Source: Carcharhinus longimanus (lineage: Eukaryota). From it: 64,000 nt of DNA. Where the stretch lies: the NCBI GenBank assembly GCA_030264375.1, contig JASCQW010000162.1, positions 45,044,001 to 45,108,000 of the forward strand, written 5' to 3'. Shown one piece after another: positions 62,381 to 64,000 of the stretch; the stretch's first letter is position 1; the number at the start of each line of letters is the position of its first letter. A program made the translations under genes and the position numbers. The notes below the pieces were generated by a model, which was given only the letters and a program-made list of their open reading frames with translations, made no database searches and was not told the DNA's origin.

Positions 62381-64000
62381 ATTAGGATCTTCTTAGGGAG
62401 TGCACGAAAAGCCTTCAGGGCAGCTATCCAAAATTATTAATGTTTAATGTCATCGGGGTGATGAGGTACAGTCCAAGAGGAAACAAGTCATTGACTCTTG
62501 TTCATTATTACTGACTTGCCTAATTTTCAAGATCAGCCATGCCATTACGGAGAAATAGTGATCCCTACTTTGATATGGAGCCTAGGTTCAGCAGGCAGTG
62601 AGTGGAAGGCATGACCATTTTAATGGCTAGGCTTCACTTAAAAATATTTGATAGAAGCGCTGTCCGTGCTTTCCCAAATCTGAGATGCAACTTACTGATT
62701 TGGCATGGTGGACTCGTGAGAAATCCATCAACTCAGTCACTGAGACAGATCTGGGGAATTCTGCACTATAGGTGAGATCCAGGCTGCTTCAGAAGGGGCA
62801 AGGAGTGATGATAATTGAATAAGTAAGCAGGCAAGAAAATTTTTATTGTACAGCTAAATGTTATTACATTTAGGTTGGTCTTGGAAAATGCACCTGAAAG
62901 AATGTAGCAGCCATTTCATCTCCAGAAATCCCTTCAAGGCTGCTTCCTAATCTTGCAAATGGAAGGTGCAAATGCAATGTAACTACCCTTCAAAATTGTT
63001 GTAGGATGTTATGTACGTCATATGATACCAGTTTACAGATAGCAGTGAGATAGCCTCAATGTTGTGCTTTGGGTGGAGAAATATTCTTACTACTCCCAGC
63101 TTTCTACTCTTGGACCCCTGCAGATAGACTGTCCTAAAAAGACTTCAGCACAATCCCCGCATCTAACTTGCTTGGGTCACCCCTCCACTGGTGGATCCAA
63201 CAAGAGGCCAGAAATGGTCTCCCACTTCATTTGAAGGCTATTGCTGGGCTTGTGCTTGAGAGAATGCAAATCCAGTGATGCTGAATTTCAGAAGTACTAA
63301 GAATCCTGGAGGACTGGGAATACATAACTGCCACTGCAGTTTCTGCCTCCCCTTTCTCTTTCCTAGGCAAAATGAACAGGAAAATCTTTGATATTTTCAG
63401 GAAAAGAGATGGAGAGTGGAAATAGAGCAAAAGGCTCCAGAGGAGGAAATTGGCAATGACACAGACAGAGACAGCATGACATTGTTCTCCTATAGTATTG
63501 AAGTTCTAATTGTCATGGGATCATTTCCAACTCGCTGCTGGAGCAATGTGGAAAGCAAAATTGGATGATTTCTACAATGATAGTTGTAACTTAAAAATTA
63601 TCCCCTATAGGTTTTGGGCAATATGAGTGAACAACTTTCATTCTACATTAATATATTGTGAAATAATGCTCTGATACTTCAAATTTGTTCCCATGTAAAA
63701 GGGTAGTTAAGAACAATAATCCATAACATAAATTGTCTGTGAGTAGGTTAAATCTGTGCTATAACGAGTAGGTATTAATGTGCAGTAATTTCTCCAGTTC
63801 AGATCGTAACCCACATTATTAGTTTAAATAAAACTCTTCTGGTGTAGAGCAGTTTCATTTATGTCGTTGATAAGGCCTAATGATAAATGCTCTTGGCTAC
63901 ATTTATCAGCAGCAAAGAAGCCACTCTATGATTACTGTGTTCTCATCTACACTCAGTCACACGCTTAATATCATTTCATTTTAGGTACTGTGTGCATCTG

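Noticed and set aside
1-64000. A novel multi-gene system, CRISPR array, rRNA or tRNA gene
   Set aside because: No repeat-spacer array or long intact non-pax3 ORF was seen. The tRNA-like segments are SINE heads that run into SINE bodies.

Overview
Vertebrate nuclear DNA, AT-rich with several assembly gaps. The repeat content (HE1-type V-SINEs, CR1-like LINEs, Penelope-like elements) points to an elasmobranch, probably a shark. The window holds the 3' half of pax3 on the minus strand: exon 6 (60401-60566, missed by the ORF track), exon 7 (57061-57275), exon 8 (30373-30619) and coding exon 9 (28076-28110). All junctions are GT-AG and phase-compatible (663 nt = 220 aa + stop), followed by a ~1.9 kb 3' UTR ending near tandem AATAAA signals at ~26190. 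The first ~26 kb is downstream sequence with no recognisable gene. The rest is degraded mobile DNA: CR1 LINEs, SINEs (HE1-like, plus AmnSINE2-like and LF-SINE-like relics), Gypsy fragments including one two-LTR element lacking RT, many GGG...CCC-ended Harbinger-type MITEs, and Penelope-like elements with degenerate minimal hammerhead ribozymes. I found no convincing previously undescribed biological system. The best leads concern Pax3 isoform and 3' UTR evolution, the ribozyme relics and ancient SINE/MITE relics in pax3 introns. Comparisons with human sequences and repeat consensus names are from memory and need alignment to confirm.
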